A DNA stretch of 64,000 bases from Eledone cirrhosa (GCA_964016885.1 OZ024741.1:391282001-391346000), one strand, 5' to 3'; shown: positions 11,958 to 26,490, numbered from the stretch's first letter. Notes: generated by a model not told the origin, from the letters alone. Numbers and translations: made by a program.

Positions 11958-12358
11958 TTCTCTAACCACTCACCCACGGTCCTTCAAAAAAATATATATA
12001 CTTCCCAAATGAAACAGTTTTAGTCCTGTAGAAGCCATTTCTATATTAAATATTTATACTCTGCTATGTATTGAGTACCTTACTTACTGTGGTTACCCCC
12101 GATTGAACCCGAGATAAACATATATATATATGTGTGTGTGTGTCGCCTAGACCGGGCGATGCGTTATGTCCTTGAGCAAGACACTTTATTTCACGTTGCT
12201 CCTTCTGACTGGAGTTGCGACCGACAGATAGTATTAGCAATTGGAAAGACCAATGGAAACATTGTTTCCTCGGTCTAATTTGACGAGCTCTATCACACTC
12301 TTGAAGCAAATGAGGTCTGGGGATCTTGGCGATCGACTATCGATATATGAGTATAAAG

Positions 12359-12652
12359 AAAGTGCTCAAGCGCGAAAATGCTCTAAACGTATCTTATAAA
12401 ATGACCCTTAAAAGACGGAAAAAGAAGTTGCCATCAGCCGCTGTGAGGAATTGAATTCCATATATTCCAGATATTGGCTAAACCTTTAAGCTGACAAATT
12501 TCTTCCCGTCATTTTAACTAGATAATGGTATAAGGAACATATGGGGTTCAATTTTTCATAGATGCCGATGGCAACTTCTTTTCCCGTCTTTTAAGGGTCT
12601 TCACACTATTCTATAAGCTATTTTTATAGCATTTTCGGGCTTGAGCACTTTT
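12359..12652 (+). repeat. Long imperfect inverted repeat (hairpin of about 295 nt)
   Basis: aaagtgctcaagcgcgaaaatgct pairs with agcattttcgggcttgagcacttt, and gacccttaaaagacgg...gttgccatc pairs with gatggcaac...ccgtcttttaagggtc. Confidence 0.8.
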
Positions 12653-13342
12653 TCTACATTCCCAAACACTCTTTATTTGTACCCACACAGCATCTTGTCC
12701 CTTTTAATTCTTATTAATTTTTTGCCTTGATCTCGTTCTATTCCCTCTATCGCGTTTCTTGGTGTTATTACCTCTTTCCCTTCCTCCTTTCCCCCTTTTT
12801 CTTTCGCTCCCTTTCTCTCTCTCTCTCTCTCTCTCTCCCACTCACTTATCTTCTTTCTCTCCCACCATCTATCCCCTTTTGCCCCCCTCTCTCTCTGCTC
12901 CCTTACTACTTCCGTTTTCCTTCGTCTGTCCCTCTTTACCAAGATCAGCCGTGTTTCTCTTCGCTCTCTCTCTTGCTGTTAATAAGGTCTCAGGGTTTAC
13001 GCCCAGCCACCGTTTCTTAACTTTTTCACCCCTTGGTTACTGCTGCATACATGTGCTACTGTCTTATGTTTTCCCCAATCTATCGGTATGTTTCTGTTTT
13101 TTTTTCTTTTGTTTATCTTCTTTCTCTTCGCTATCGTCTCTCTTTGTTTGACTTTTCCTTCCCTAATAACTTCCTGAAGTTATTGACGCATTGTGGATAG
13201 ATGTATTGTCTTTGATGCGTCGAAGCACCCGAGTCCCACAGCAGACAACTGAAGAGAGGAATTGTCTTTTGTTTGTTTTCCTTACACTTCCACACAGCAC
13301 CTTGTCCTTTTTAATTCTCATATATATATATATATATATATA

Positions 13343-13536
13343 TAACGAAGGAAATGTGGTAAGGAACCAGGTGGACCATAACGCACCAAAGTACTCAATA
13401 CTTAGGGTAGTAGAGTGGGTAATAGGAACAAATAAGACCCCGACGGCTGAGCTCAAGCCGTTTCGACGGCTAATTCTGTACTGAATTAGCCGTCGAAATG
13501 GCTTGAGCTCAGCCGTCGGGGTCTTATTTGTTCCTA
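13343..13536. mobile_element. Short inverted pair of the 39191-40420 family, containing only the 3' half of the HHR
   Basis: Palindrome centred at about 13478. The longer left arm carries the tail seen at 40343-40420. Confidence 0.8.
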
Positions 13537-14783
13537 TATATATATATATATATATATTAAAATAACAGATTAAAGTTTAAGCAAAGAATCGCTGCTTTCA
13601 CCCTTAACGAGATCTTCTGAAAGATCCCGTTAAGTGTGAAAGCAGCGATTCTTTGCTTAAACTTTAATCTGTTATTTTAATAAATATTTGCTCTAGGGTT
13701 CTTATATATTTGATATATATTTATCCTTATAGAGCCCTCTTTGGATTTTAGTCTTCACATTTATTATTATTACTATACCAGTAATGCAGTGGGTAATTGC
13801 TGGCCTTGTGCCTAAAGTAGAAACAATTATTAATATATATATATAAAATACATATATATATAGAGAGGGGGTGGGGGTGACCAGAGATTGCGGGTGTGTA
13901 AGTAAATGAGTAAGTGTTCATTTTGATGATGATGATGATATAATGGTTCCTTGGGTAAGTGATTTACCTTAATCACACACGAAATGAAATATATAAACCA
14001 CAATAACACAAAGCCGCTATGTTACTAATTTATTAAATATAACTTTCGTTGAAGACAAACGACAATACACGAAGAACAAATAACCACAGATAAGTTGTGT
14101 GATGTTATGTATCAGGATGATGTGTGTGTGTGTTAGCTTGTAAGGGTTTTATTAAAAATGTATTTACCAAACTTCTGTTGATGGGATGAATTTAGCTGGC
14201 TTGGTCGAGAGACAGAGGGGAGTGGAGAGAGAGAGAAATTTTCTGGCACTTTAGAACTTACCGAACATCGTATTTATATAGATGCTACACAATTATTATA
14301 ATATAGATTAGATAAAGTTAATTTTTCATATTTGATTTTCTAATGAAACTAATTAAAAAGATATACTTACGTAATTGTCCTGTTGAGCAGATTTTTTTTA
14401 TTGGTGTTTAATATTTAGAATTATGGTCCTTGCTTAGAGTGGTAGGTAATCCTTATTCTCGCTTAACAATTGAAAATGGTCCAAATTTAAGAAGTTCAAA
14501 TATTCAATGTTTTTCAATGATTATCTGAAACAAAACAAAACAAATAATTGTGAACATTACGCCATTAAAATGATCGTTTTTTTTCTATTCTGAAAGAAGG
14601 GTTGTGGAAGTCTCTAAACGTCTCTATACATGTATTTAGGAATGATATTTTTAAAAAATCAAGCATCAAGAAATAATGAGGAACTCTGAAAAAAATCTTT
14701 AATAAAAAGGATCGAACTGCATCACAGTTACACAGTTACAATACACAGAAACACAGAAACACACACACACCGAGTTATATATA

Positions 14784-14910
<127 letters not shown>

Positions 14911-15125
14911 GAAAAAGTGGAGAATAACATAGTCAACAGTACAAAAAAGATTTATTTACAGTCTAACAATTGTTTCACTGATAGAGTTGTCTAAAAATTG
15001 CTAAACACTAAAAGTAGTGCCACTCAATTTAAAATACATGTTATCTCCATCATATCCTCAGAGACTGAGAGAAAATATAAATATATGCGTAACCGGCAAA
15101 TTTACAAATTCAAATTACCACATCA

Positions 15126-15318
15126 ATAATAATTGTTTCTACTTTTTGGCACAAGGCCAGCAATTACCCAGCGCATTACTGGTACTTTATTTTATCGACC
15201 CCGTAAGGATGAAAGGCAAAGGTAACCTCGGCGGGATTTGAACTCAGAATGGCAAGGGCCGTAACTCTATGCGTCAAAGCATGGCGTCCGACCCTCTACC
15301 GATACTGCCAATCCACAA
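15126..15318 (-). mobile_element. tRNA-derived SINE
   Basis: Minus-strand A-box-like TGGCAGTATCGG and B-box GAGTTCAAATCC, with an (AAT)n tail. Absent from the other arm of element D. Copies or fragments at about 13775-13830, 31190-31360, 32059-32244, 32395-32443, 48775-48850 and 60225-60425. Confidence 0.85.
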
Positions 15319-16403
15319 TAATATTAATAATAAAGATATAGAGAGAAAAAAGGAAGGGGGATAGATGTAGTAAAGATAGAAAGGAAGGGAAGAAGAAAGA
15401 CGAAGAAGGAAAAAGAAAAAGAGATAGAAAAGGAGCAAGAAGAGGAGAAAATTATTACAGCTAAAAAAACACAATCTTGAATCTCTCAAATCTCTTGAAT
15501 CTCTCGACTACAACAACTCTCGCCAATAAAATCTGGCAACTCAAGAATGCAAACATAGAATATGAGATCAGCTGGTCAAAACTGTCAAAAGCAAGGGCCT
15601 ATCAAATTGGTATGTCCCACTGCAGTCTCTGTAATATGAAACTTTTCCAGATTCTAAATTTCAGCAAAATTTTTCTTAACAGTAGAATTGAACGAATTAT
15701 TTTTTCTCAGCATAAATCAGCAACGAAATTCAAGAACTTTAGACCAACTTAATTCCATCTTATCTTTTCCATAACCCTGATTGTACCATTTGGATCTACT
15801 ACGATATCACATTATCAGCAGCATCTTCACCATTATAATTACCAATGAACAGCATCAAAACCTCTTTATTTACATTCTTATTTTTTATATATCTCTATCT
15901 TTCACTTTTTATCTTTGCATTTCTCTACCTAAACTTATTTCATCTCGGTCATTTTATCTTATCATATAATATCTCTTGAACTAGTTAATTTACTTATTAA
16001 AATAACCAATACACACATAAATATATTCAACATTATCACATTTTCAACTTAATATCTATCCATATATTTAACAACTATCAAAATCTATTGTCAATAATCT
16101 TAATATTTTTAAATATTCTCCGTAAATAAATGGGTAAAAATTACCCATTTATTTATTTATTTTCATCTACACTTTTCACATATTATACCATTTTTTATAT
16201 TACATTAGATGCAATTTATTTATATATTTATTTATCTATTTATTTATTTATTTATTTATTCATTTATTTATTTATTTATTTAGTTATTTATTTATCTATC
16301 AATTTTTTATATATATTTTTTATATATTTTTTATATATATTTTTTATATATTTTTCATTCATTTCCCCATATATTTCTATGCATCTATCTTTATTTTACT
16401 TAC

Positions 16404-17842
16404 TGGATCTATTGCAGGGCATCCCTCTGGAACCGGGACTGCGGAAAGCGGCGTCGGCCTACGCCGACGACGTGACAGTAATGGTGTCGAGCGCCTCGCA
16501 AATCGAGGAAGTCGGCACCTTACTGAAGGAATACGAAAGTCTCACAGGAGCGAAGCTGAACCGGGACAAGTCCATCGGTTTGCAACTCGGATCGTGGAGA
16601 GGCAGACCGATGCCTTCCGATGGCGTCGTCGGACGCTGGACGGAAGGACCGGTAAAGCTGCTCGGGGTCTGGTTTGGTCCGGACCTCCAGGTGGAGAAGA
16701 ACTGGAACGAAGTGACGGCCAAGGTGTTTGCACTCACCCAGAAGTGGGCCGAGTGCAAACTATCCTTGAAAGGTCGAGCGGAGGTGGCGAACACTTTTAT
16801 AGCGTCCGCCATCTACTACCGCTTGACCGTCGTGCCTTGTCCAGCCAAAACGCTCGCCAAAATGGAGCGCGTGCTCTTCCGATTCCTTTGGAAGAGGCGG
16901 GCTCCTTTGGTGAGAAGATCCATCTGCTGCCAACACCCTTCTAACGGAGGGCTGGGGATGCCGTGGTTGACGATGCGCAAACACGCGCTCAGGCTGCGGC
17001 ATCTCTACGTATTCCTCACCGGACAACCGGTGTGGGCCCCGTTCGTGAGGCGAGCCTTCCCACGACTCGTCTCGCTGACCGAGCTGCAGTCCTGGGTCAA
17101 GCAGAGACCGAGGAAAATGGGCGACTGGCACATCGAATGTGCTCAGGCGCTCACAGCCCTCTGGCAGGCGGACCCGGCGATCAGTGGAGACTCCACTTCG
17201 TCATTCTATAGAGGGTTGGTCCGCAGCAAGTGCGATGACGCGCTCGGTGAAACTCTAGGCGTAGAGGAAGATGAACTGGCCAGTCTGTTCGGTAGGACCT
17301 TCCGCCCGGGACCGATGGACAACTTCCAAAAGTCCCTGGCCTGGCAGTGCTACCGAGGAGCTCTACCAGTTCGAGACAAGCTCTACAGACATGGGCGCCC
17401 GGGCAGGGACCCTGCAAAAAGGCTCTGTCCGAGGTGCGTGCGAGACGAAGAAACCGTCGCGCACGCATTCATACACTGCTCGGGCGTCACTGACCTGTGG
17501 GGCTATGTAGAACGACTATTGTCGCGGGTGGGACCAATCCAGTTGACCACCGAGTCCATTGTCATGATCAAACCGCCACCCTCCTTCAAAAACGAAGGAG
17601 AGGCGGTTTTCCTTTGTGTGATAGCTATGGCGAAAGAGGTTGTATGGTGGACAAGGTTGAAAGGGTTGAGGTCAGACACCTTTCTCTCCGGCCAACAACT
17701 GATTCTTTTTTTCAAATACCACTTTGGAAGAAGAATCAGGATGGAGAGAGAGGTGCTGTACCCCAGCAAGTTTTATGAAAGGTGGGTGAAGGTGGCGAGA
17801 ATGGCCCGAGTGAATGGGCCTTCTCTCTATGTCAGCCTGTAG
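16404..17842 (+). CDS. L1/Tx1 ORF2 C-terminal part (end of RT plus zf-RVT-type zinc knuckle), partial
   Basis: SAYADDVT, KLLGVWF, LSLKGRAEVAN, NGGLGMP and CPRC...ETVAHAFIHC, with no stop codons. Confidence 0.85.
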
Positions 17843-18082
17843 GTTGAGGAAAAGGAGGAGGAGAGGAAAGGAGTACAAGCTCTTCGTACTCCTGGAGATG
17901 AGGGTTGCACATTTTTTTTCGGGGGTATGTGTTACCCATATAAACTGTCTCCCTCTATTGGGGAAAATCGACTAACTTTTAAATTCCATCTGTGATAACA
18001 TTTTACACGTTTTTATTGTATGTAAACTTCCCCCTTTGTATTTGTCCCCTTCTTTTGTGCCCCTGTGGCTAATAAAGAAATA
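16404..18082 (+). mobile_element. 5'-truncated L1/Tx1-clade LINE with an 18-bp target-site duplication
   Basis: tatctttattttacttac occurs at 16386-16403 and 18083-18100. Sharp GC step at the boundary. Ends in aataaagaaa. Confidence 0.9.
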
Positions 18083-18639
18083 TATCTTTATTTTACTTAC
18101 ATTTATTCTTGTATTAAAGTTTATTCATCTATTTGCCCTTCTACCTTCTTCTCTCCATCTTATTTCTACTTGTGTTTATCTATCACACTCGTCTGTTGGT
18201 ACGTCTTCATTTTTCTCTCTATCCTACGCTATCTCTACTTGTGTTTTTTTTAGCTGTAATAATGTTCTCCTCTTCTTCCTTCTCTATCTCTCTTTCTCTT
18301 TTTCCTTCTTCGTCTTTCTCTATCTCTTTTTCTTTTTCCTTCTTCGTCTTTCTTCTTCCCTTCCTTTCTATCTTTACTACATCTATCCCCCTTCCTTTTT
18401 CTCTCTCTATATCTTTATTATTAGTATTATTATTGATATGTTAATTTGAATCTGTAAATTTGCCTGTTACGCATATATTTATATTTTCTCTTTCGTTTTT
18501 CTTGTTCCCTTCCTTTCTATCTTTACTTTATCTATCCTCCTTCCTTTTTTCTCTCTATATCTTTATTATTAATATTATTATTGATGTGGTAATTTGAATT
18601 TGTAAATTTGCCGGTTTCGCATATATTTATATTTTCTCT

Positions 18640-18748
18640 CAGTCTCTGAGGATATGATAGAGATAACATGTATTTTATATTGAATGGCACTACTTTCAGT
18701 GTTTCGCAATGTTTAGACAACTCTATCAGCGAAACAATTGTTAGACTG
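18640..18748 (+). ncRNA. Hammerhead ribozyme with a ~78-nt stem II (inverted copy at 14959-15067 -)
   Basis: cagtct-CTGAGGA-ta-tgatagag...ctctatca-gc-GAAA-caattg-TT-agactg. Confidence 0.8.
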
Positions 18749-18962
18749 TAAATAAATCTCCTTTTTTGTACTGTTGACCATGTTATTCTCCACTTTTTCA
18801 ATTTTATTACTCCAAGATAAACTTACATAGGAATACAAGTGAAATCATAAACTTGCCATCCACGTAAACCTCTTGTTGAGTCATACAACGCCGTACGCTA
18901 AAACTATCTATGATAAGTATTCACAACCTCTAATCGGATTACCTAGGACGATATCTTAATAT

Positions 18963-19031
<69 letters not shown>

Positions 19032-19444
19032 GTCACATACTTTGTATGTAACACTCAGTTACCTTGTTCCAAAAGTTAATGTTGCTTCAAATTAATATAT
19101 TTCCTCGCCGGAGAGTTAATCCACACATCGTAAGATTTTAATTTTAAATATAGTCATTATATGCACTGATCCACGTAGAATCTGAAGAACTGAGACTTAC
19201 GTCCACGTCAGACCTCTTCACCTTCACTGCTTAGAAAATTATTGCTGAGAGATATTATACTTGTTTTATAAATAGATTGTTCTACTGTATCAACGCTATC
19301 GCCATTATTCGAATTTTGTATTCATATCAATTGGCTATTAGTTGCTATTACTACGATGTAACAAAAGATCCAGACAATATCCAGCCGTTTCAGATAATGA
19401 CTATCTTCCGACAGATTTATTTAGTCTTTGGTTGTAATATAACT

Positions 19445-19625
19445 CTTTTTATACTCTTTCACTGGTTTCAGTCATTTGCTTGCAGTCAAGCTAGGATACA
19501 ATTTTAAAGTCGTTTCAGTCGGCCATATTGACCCTAATACATTGTTTCGAGTCTAGTATTTATTTTATCGGTCCCCTTTTGTCGAATCGCTAATTTACGT
19601 TGCATAGACACAGACATAGATAAAA
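19445..19625 (-). mobile_element. Decayed SINE-like repeat with a CR1-group LINE-type 3' tail
   Basis: tactctttcactggtttcagtcatttg... aligns with the LINE tail at 34422-34481. Confidence 0.55.
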
Positions 19626-19840
19626 GTGCAACATACACACACACACATGTATATACATATTGAAATGAGTTGCTGCTCGACGACTGAGTTCTCGCCATTT
19701 TGATAGTCGGACAGTAACTCATTAGAATACCTACACTATATTTTCTTAAGAATCGTGTACTAATCTGAACAACGGTCTTACTGAGTCTAAACTGGTAATT
19801 CATAAATTTTTCTTTCTCTTTTTCTCTGTCTGTCTGTTTG

Positions 19841-19952
<112 letters not shown>

Positions 19953-20035
19953 TATATAGATATATATATAGATATATATATAGATATATAGATATATATA
20001 TAGATATATATATAGATATATAGATAGATATATAG

Positions 20036-20085
<50 letters not shown>

Positions 20086-20139
20086 GATATATATATATAT
20101 ATATATATATATAGATATATATATATATATAGATATATA

Positions 20140-20231
<92 letters not shown>

Positions 20232-20240
20232 TATATAGAT

Positions 20241-22435
20241 ACTTGGATGATTGCCTCATTCTTTGGTCCCACACACTCGACCAACTGAAGGATTTCAAAA
20301 ACTTAATAAACGGCATCAATAACCACATCCAATTCACAATGGAATACAGCCAAGATCAACTCCCATTTCTGGACATCTTAATCACAAAAAAAGACACAAA
20401 TATTGAAACTGACATACACTTCAAACCAACAGATTCCAAACAATATCTGCTATTCACCTCCAACCATCCAAAGCACACGAAGACGAACATTCCTTTTAAC
20501 CTAGCAAGAAGAATTTGCACAATTGTCTCCAATTATGAAACGCGAAATAAAAGACTTCAAGAATTAAAGGAAATTCTACTTGAGAGAGAGTACCCACTAT
20601 TACTAATAAATAATGGAATAGAAAGGGCTAAAGCAATAGGCATTGATGAATTACGGAAACAGAAACAAATTCAAGGTACGTCCAATATTCTATCATATAT
20701 CTCAACACACAACCCAAGAAATGCGGAAGCTTACAACACTATTCACAATAACATCCCCCTACTAAAACAAAACCCAAGAATGAAAAAAGCCCTTGAAACA
20801 CACAAAATAATCAAAAGCAAAAGACAACCAAAATCACTGAAAACATTACTCACCAATGCCAAATTACCTACCACAAACCCACAACCAAGTATCAAAAAAT
20901 GTGGTTGCTCTAATTGTGGAACCTGCACTCACCTCATTGAAGGCAACACGTATACATTTAAATCAGGACAACATTTTACTGTAAAAAATCACTTCACTTG
21001 CTCATCAAAAAATCTACTTTATGCCATTAAATGTAAAGGATGCAATGAAGATTATAGAGGACAAACTAAACTCACACTCAGAAACAGAATGACAGTTCAT
21101 CGCCAACAATTACGAGATCCAACCACGAGACAGATACCACTAAGTGCACATCTAGACATTTGCGCAAGTAATAAGACACCCAAATTCCAAGTCTTCCCAT
21201 TTTACCTTTGCGCTAACAATACAACAGAACAAATGCGAATAAATAAGGAAAATATGTTTATTCAAAAATATAGACCAACATTAAATAAGGTTTAATATAC
21301 ATTATGTCAACACGACAATATGACATACACACACACACATAACACCTTCTACTTTAGAAAATAAAAACCCGAACTAAATAAACCTTAACATACGTTTGCA
21401 CTGGCAATACAACAGCAAACACGAAAAAGTCAGGAAAATATGTTCATTCAAAAATATTCCTACTAAAGGAATCACTTTCCTACACACACACATATACACA
21501 CACACAATATATATATATATTCTCTTCATCTTAACATGCTAACCATACTCCCACACACATAACACCCATACACACACATAACAACCCCCACACCTACAAC
21601 TCCCTCCCCATTTCTACTAATAGAACCACTTTTCTACACACATATATATATACACACACACAAAATATATATTCTCTCCATCTTAACATACTCGCACACA
21701 CACACATAACACCCATATACACACACACAACTCCCTCCCCCATCTCTACTAATAGAATCATCTTCCAATACACACATACACACACACACACACACACATA
21801 CACACACACAAGCAGACAAATAAACACATATCTTCAGTCTCAATAGAAAATCTGAACTCTGACACCTGAACTCTGACAGCTGGCCATATTCACTGAACCA
21901 GAACATTTCTCCCAATCCCTTTTCCCTTGACCACTATCTCTCCATTGTCATAACATTCACTATAAAGACTACAGAATAGTTTTCCAAATAAGGGCGCAAA
22001 AATGTAATGAAAACTTGTTCACGTGACAGCCAAATTTCATTTATAACCAACCAAAAAAAAGCCTTCGTGAGCCTCTTTTTTTCAAGTAAAAAGAAATTCA
22101 AACACTCATATATGAAAAAACAACCTGTGACAACCCCCCCCCCCCCCCTCTCTTATTTGAAGAACTATTGTAACGCGAACTGGCGCGAAATTTATTATAA
22201 TTATTGACAAACCAATCAAATTACTTCTCGAAAAACCTGGCTTTCGAGCCACTTTTTCCATATAAAACAAGTAACATTCAGAGACCAACCAGATGTGAGA
22301 AAAACCACAGATCCTCCATCTCAACTCACCTTTTGAAAAGCAGAAGAACTGCGAAGCCGGTAAAGGAACCAAATAAATATATATATTTTTTTTAAAAATA
22401 AGACTTCAGTTGCATTTTCGATTTCATCTCTTTTT

Positions 22436-22438
<3 letters not shown>
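20241..22438 (+). mobile_element. PLE family C element (ORF, 3' UTR and HHR at 22329-22366)
   Basis: The ORF is followed by a CA-rich UTR and an HHR (GAAG in this copy). TA tracts lie on both sides. Confidence 0.85.
20243..21295 (+). CDS. PLE family C (Neptune-like) RT C-terminus plus GIY-YIG, 5'-truncated at (TA)n
   Basis: (YL)DDCLILW, FTME...LPFLDI, a CGCSNCGTC linker and [18 protein letters not shown]...RMTVHR. Confidence 0.9.
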   Translation: MDDCLILWSHTLDQLKDFKNLINGINNHIQFTMEYSQDQLPFLDILITKKDTNIETDIHFKPTDSKQYLLFTSNHPKHTKTNIPFNLARRICTIVSNYETRNKRLQELKEILLEREYPLLLINNGIERAKAIGIDELRKQKQIQGTSNILSYISTHNPRNAEAYNTIHNNIPLLKQNPRMKKALETHKIIKSKRQPKSLKTLLTNAKLPTTNPQPSIKKCGCSNCGTCTHLIEGNTYTFKSGQHFTVKNHFTCSSKNLLYAIKCKGCNEDYRGQTKLTLRNRMTVHRQQLRDPTTRQIPLSAHLDICASNKTPKFQVFPFYLCANNTTEQMRINKENMFIQKYRPTLNKV

Positions 22439-22492
<54 letters not shown>

Positions 22493-22626
22493 TATATATA
22501 TATAGATATATATATATAGAGATATATATATATATAGATATATATATATAGATATATATATAGATATCTATATATAGATATATCTATATATAGATATAAA
22601 TATATAGATAGATATATATATAGATA

Positions 22627-23062
22627 CAATATTAAATAAATGGAAACTATATTTATAAAACCATATTTATTTCATTATATATATTTCGGGGATATCATAT
22701 TAACAATATGCTATGCCTTCCTCAGACAAAATACAATATAAACAGTTTTATAGATAAATAGATTCGACATACCGTTATAACACCGACTTCCATTTGAAGA
22801 GGTTTAAGCTGGCAGTCGGTGTTATAACGGTATGTCGAATCTATTTATCTATAAAACTGTTTATATTGTATTTTGTCTGAGGAAGGCATAGCATATTGTT
22901 AATATGATATCCCCGAAATATATATAATGAAATAAATATGGTTTTATAAATATAGTTTCCATTTATTTAATATTGTAAATATACTCCAAATATTTGTCGA
23001 GTGCTTTTATATCAGTTATAAATATTGACTAGTTGTAACCCAACAATTTTAAATATAACTTT

Positions 23063-23064
<2 letters not shown>
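22627..23064. mobile_element. Palindromic mini-element with an HHR in each arm (22668-22733 - and 22869-22934 +)
   Basis: tattttgt-CTGAGGA...GAAA-tatata-TA-atgaaata. Arms of about 165 bp. A second locus lies at 40550-41020. Confidence 0.85.
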
Positions 23065-23123
<59 letters not shown>

Positions 23124-23230
23124 TATATATATATATATATCTATATATATATATATCTATATCTATATATATATATATAGATATAGATATATATATATAT
23201 ATATATATATCTATATCTATATATATATAT

Positions 23231-23329
<99 letters not shown>

Positions 23330-23439
23330 TATTATTAGAAAGTGAGGTTTTGTTTACAAAATGAAAAATAACCGAGGTGTCCTACACGAGTGGAAGTTCT
23401 CACATGTGAGAAAAACCACAGACCCTCCATCTCAACTCA

Positions 23440-23477
23440 CCTTTTGAAAAGCAGAAGAACTGCGAAACCGGTAAAGG
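23440..23477 (+). ncRNA. Minimal HHR with U3-A8 core, family C (copies at 22329-22366 +, 27115-27152 - and 29139-29176 -)
   Basis: cctt-TTGAAAA-gcag-aagaa-ctgc-GAAA-ccgg-TA-aagg, within inverted mini-element 23330-23552. Confidence 0.75.
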
Positions 23478-23596
23478 AACCAAATAAATATATATATATT
23501 TTTTTTAAAAATAAGACTTCAGTTGCATTTTCGATATCATCTCTTTTTCTTTATATATATATATATATATATATATAGATATAGAGATATAGATAT

Positions 23597-23631
<35 letters not shown>

Positions 23632-23751
23632 TAGATAGATATATATAGATATAGATATATATAGATATATATATATATATAGATTATATATATATATATA
23701 TAGATTATATATATATATATATATATATAGATTATATATATATATATAGAT

Positions 23752-23783
<32 letters not shown>

Positions 23784-23826
23784 TTATATATATATATATA
23801 TATATAGATTATATATATATATATAG

Positions 23827-23859
<33 letters not shown>

Positions 23860-23874
23860 ATTATATATATATAG

Positions 23875-23908
<34 letters not shown>

Positions 23909-23930
23909 TTATATATATATATATATATAT

Positions 23931-24914
23931 ATTGGAATAAATGCTCTGAAATAGCGATATATATGTGAATATAGACATAGAATATTCGAAAATATTCTGT
24001 ATGTTTATAATAAACATTTTGAAGACCTAATCGCTATAGAATAGAATACGTCACGTATTACAATTAGATTCTCGATAAAAGCAAGGGAAGTAATCTACGC
24101 GTTTCATTCTCGTTAGAAATCATCAGGACTACATATCCAGTGCTTTTATCGAGAAAGACACAGCTAGAGACTTATAGAATACTTAGCTGTGTACAGGAAC
24201 TGGTTTGAAAGAGCGGTTGCCGGTCCGGCAGAAATTAGAAATTGGAATAAATGCTCTGAAATAGCGATATATATGTGAATATAGACATAGAATATTCGAA
24301 AATATTCTGTATGTTTATAATAAACATTTTGAAGACCTAATCGCTATAGAATAGAATACGTCACGTATTACAATTAGATTCTCGATAAAAGCAAGGGAAG
24401 TAATCTACGCGTTTCATTCTCGATAAAAGCACTGGATATGTAGTCCTGATGATTTCTAACGAAAATGAAACGCGTAGATTACTTCCCTTGCTTTTATCGA
24501 GAATCTAATTGTAATACGTGACGTATTCTATTCTATAGCGATTAGGTCTTCAAAATGTTTATTATAAACATACAGAATATTTTCGAATATTCTATGTCTA
24601 TATTCACATATATATCGCTATTTCAGAGCATTTATTCCAATTTCTAATTTCTGCCGGACCGGCAACCGCTCTTTCAAACCAGTTCCTGTACACAGCTAAG
24701 TATTCTATAAGTCTCTAGCTGTGTCTTTCTCGATAAAAGCACTGGATATGTAGTCCTGATGATTTCTAACGAGAATGAAACGCGTAGATTACTTCCCTTG
24801 CTTTTATCGAGAATCTAATTGTAATACGTGACGTATTCTATTCTATAGCGATTAGGTCTTCAAAATGTTTATTATAAACATACAGAATATTTTCGAATAT
24901 TCTATGTCTATATT

Positions 24915-24917
<3 letters not shown>
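23931..24917. mobile_element. Retrozyme-like tandem and inverted array of a 310-bp HHR-bearing unit
   Basis: Period of 310 bp. HHRs at 24090-24132 (-), 24440-24482 (+) and 24750-24792 (+): gtagtc-CTGATGA-tttct-aacg-agaat-GAAA-cgcg-TA-gattac. Confidence 0.9.
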
Positions 24918-24959
<42 letters not shown>

Positions 24960-25017
24960 GATTATATATATATATATATATATAGATTATATATATATAT
25001 ATATATATTATATATAG

Positions 25018-25058
<41 letters not shown>

Positions 25059-25368
25059 GATTATATATATATATATATATTATATATATATATATTATAT
25101 ATAGATTATACATATATATATATATATAATATATATATATATATATTATATATAGATTATACATATATATATATATATAATATATATATATATATTATAT
25201 ATAGATTATACATATATATATATATATAATATATATATATATATTATATATAGATTATACATATATATATATATATATATATTATATATAGATTATATAT
25301 ATATATATATATAGATTATATATATTATATATAGATTATATATATATATATATATATTATATATAGAT

Positions 25369-25403
<35 letters not shown>

Positions 25404-25438
25404 GATTATATATATATATATATATTATATATATATAT

Positions 25439-25630
<192 letters not shown>

Positions 25631-25635
25631 ATATA

Positions 25636-26320
25636 TAACTTTGAATAACTTTGAAATGTTTTGGCCAGTATTGGCCCAGGCCATGTCCAACTTAATAGCA
25701 CCACCTGGCGAAGTCTTTCAATTCAGGATTTGGGCACCATGGCCCATTCGAGAAGAGAATTACTGTTTGCGGAGACATATCCGGGTGTGGGTGGTTTGTC
25801 CGGGATTACTTGGAGGAATTTGTCCAAAGACTTCTTGAATTTTGTGTGGTCAGTTTCTGTTTTGACGTGTCCTGGTGTGATGTTGAAGAGAGCAGGGCCG
25901 ATTGAGGTGAAATAATTGTGCCGTATTGTTGTTATGAGTTGCGATTTAGATTTTTGAATGGGACGGATAGCACAGGGCCCAAGCCTTGGGTGTATCTTGA
26001 AGGCGATGCCAACATCATTTGGGCAGTGATGATGGAACATTTTCCACATCATGCAGATAATATAACGCTCACAGCGACGTTGGAGTGAGTAAAGTTTCAG
26101 GTTTTCTAATCGACCCCAGTAGTCAAGGTCTGACATGCCATCTATCTTTTTCGTGATTGCCCTTTGAGGAGCTTCAAGTTTCATGATACTTTGTTTCGTG
26201 TAGGGAGACCACAGTGGACAACAGTATTCAAGGTGTGGTCGGGCAAAAGTAGAGAAGAGAAGGATAATGGTGCGGGAATCTCTCGACTGGAAGGTTTCTG
26301 AGGATCCAGGAACACATTCT
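25636..26320 (-). mobile_element. CR1-group LINE 3' fragment
   Basis: [14 protein letters not shown]...QRAITKKI...[19 protein letters not shown]...FKKSLDKFL, with a short tandem 3' tail (ttcaaagtta repeats). Confidence 0.85.
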
Positions 26321-26333
26321 AGATATATATATA

Positions 26334-26439
<106 letters not shown>

Positions 26440-26449
26440 TATATATATA

Positions 26450-26490
<41 letters not shown>

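Noticed and set aside
15126-15318. tRNA gene
   Set aside because: The A and B boxes belong to a dispersed SINE with a body, a tail and (in one copy) a TSD.
16130-16403. Hydrophobic N-terminus of the 570-aa ORF
   Set aside because: It lies upstream of the TSD and is read-through of low-complexity (ATTT)n sequence.
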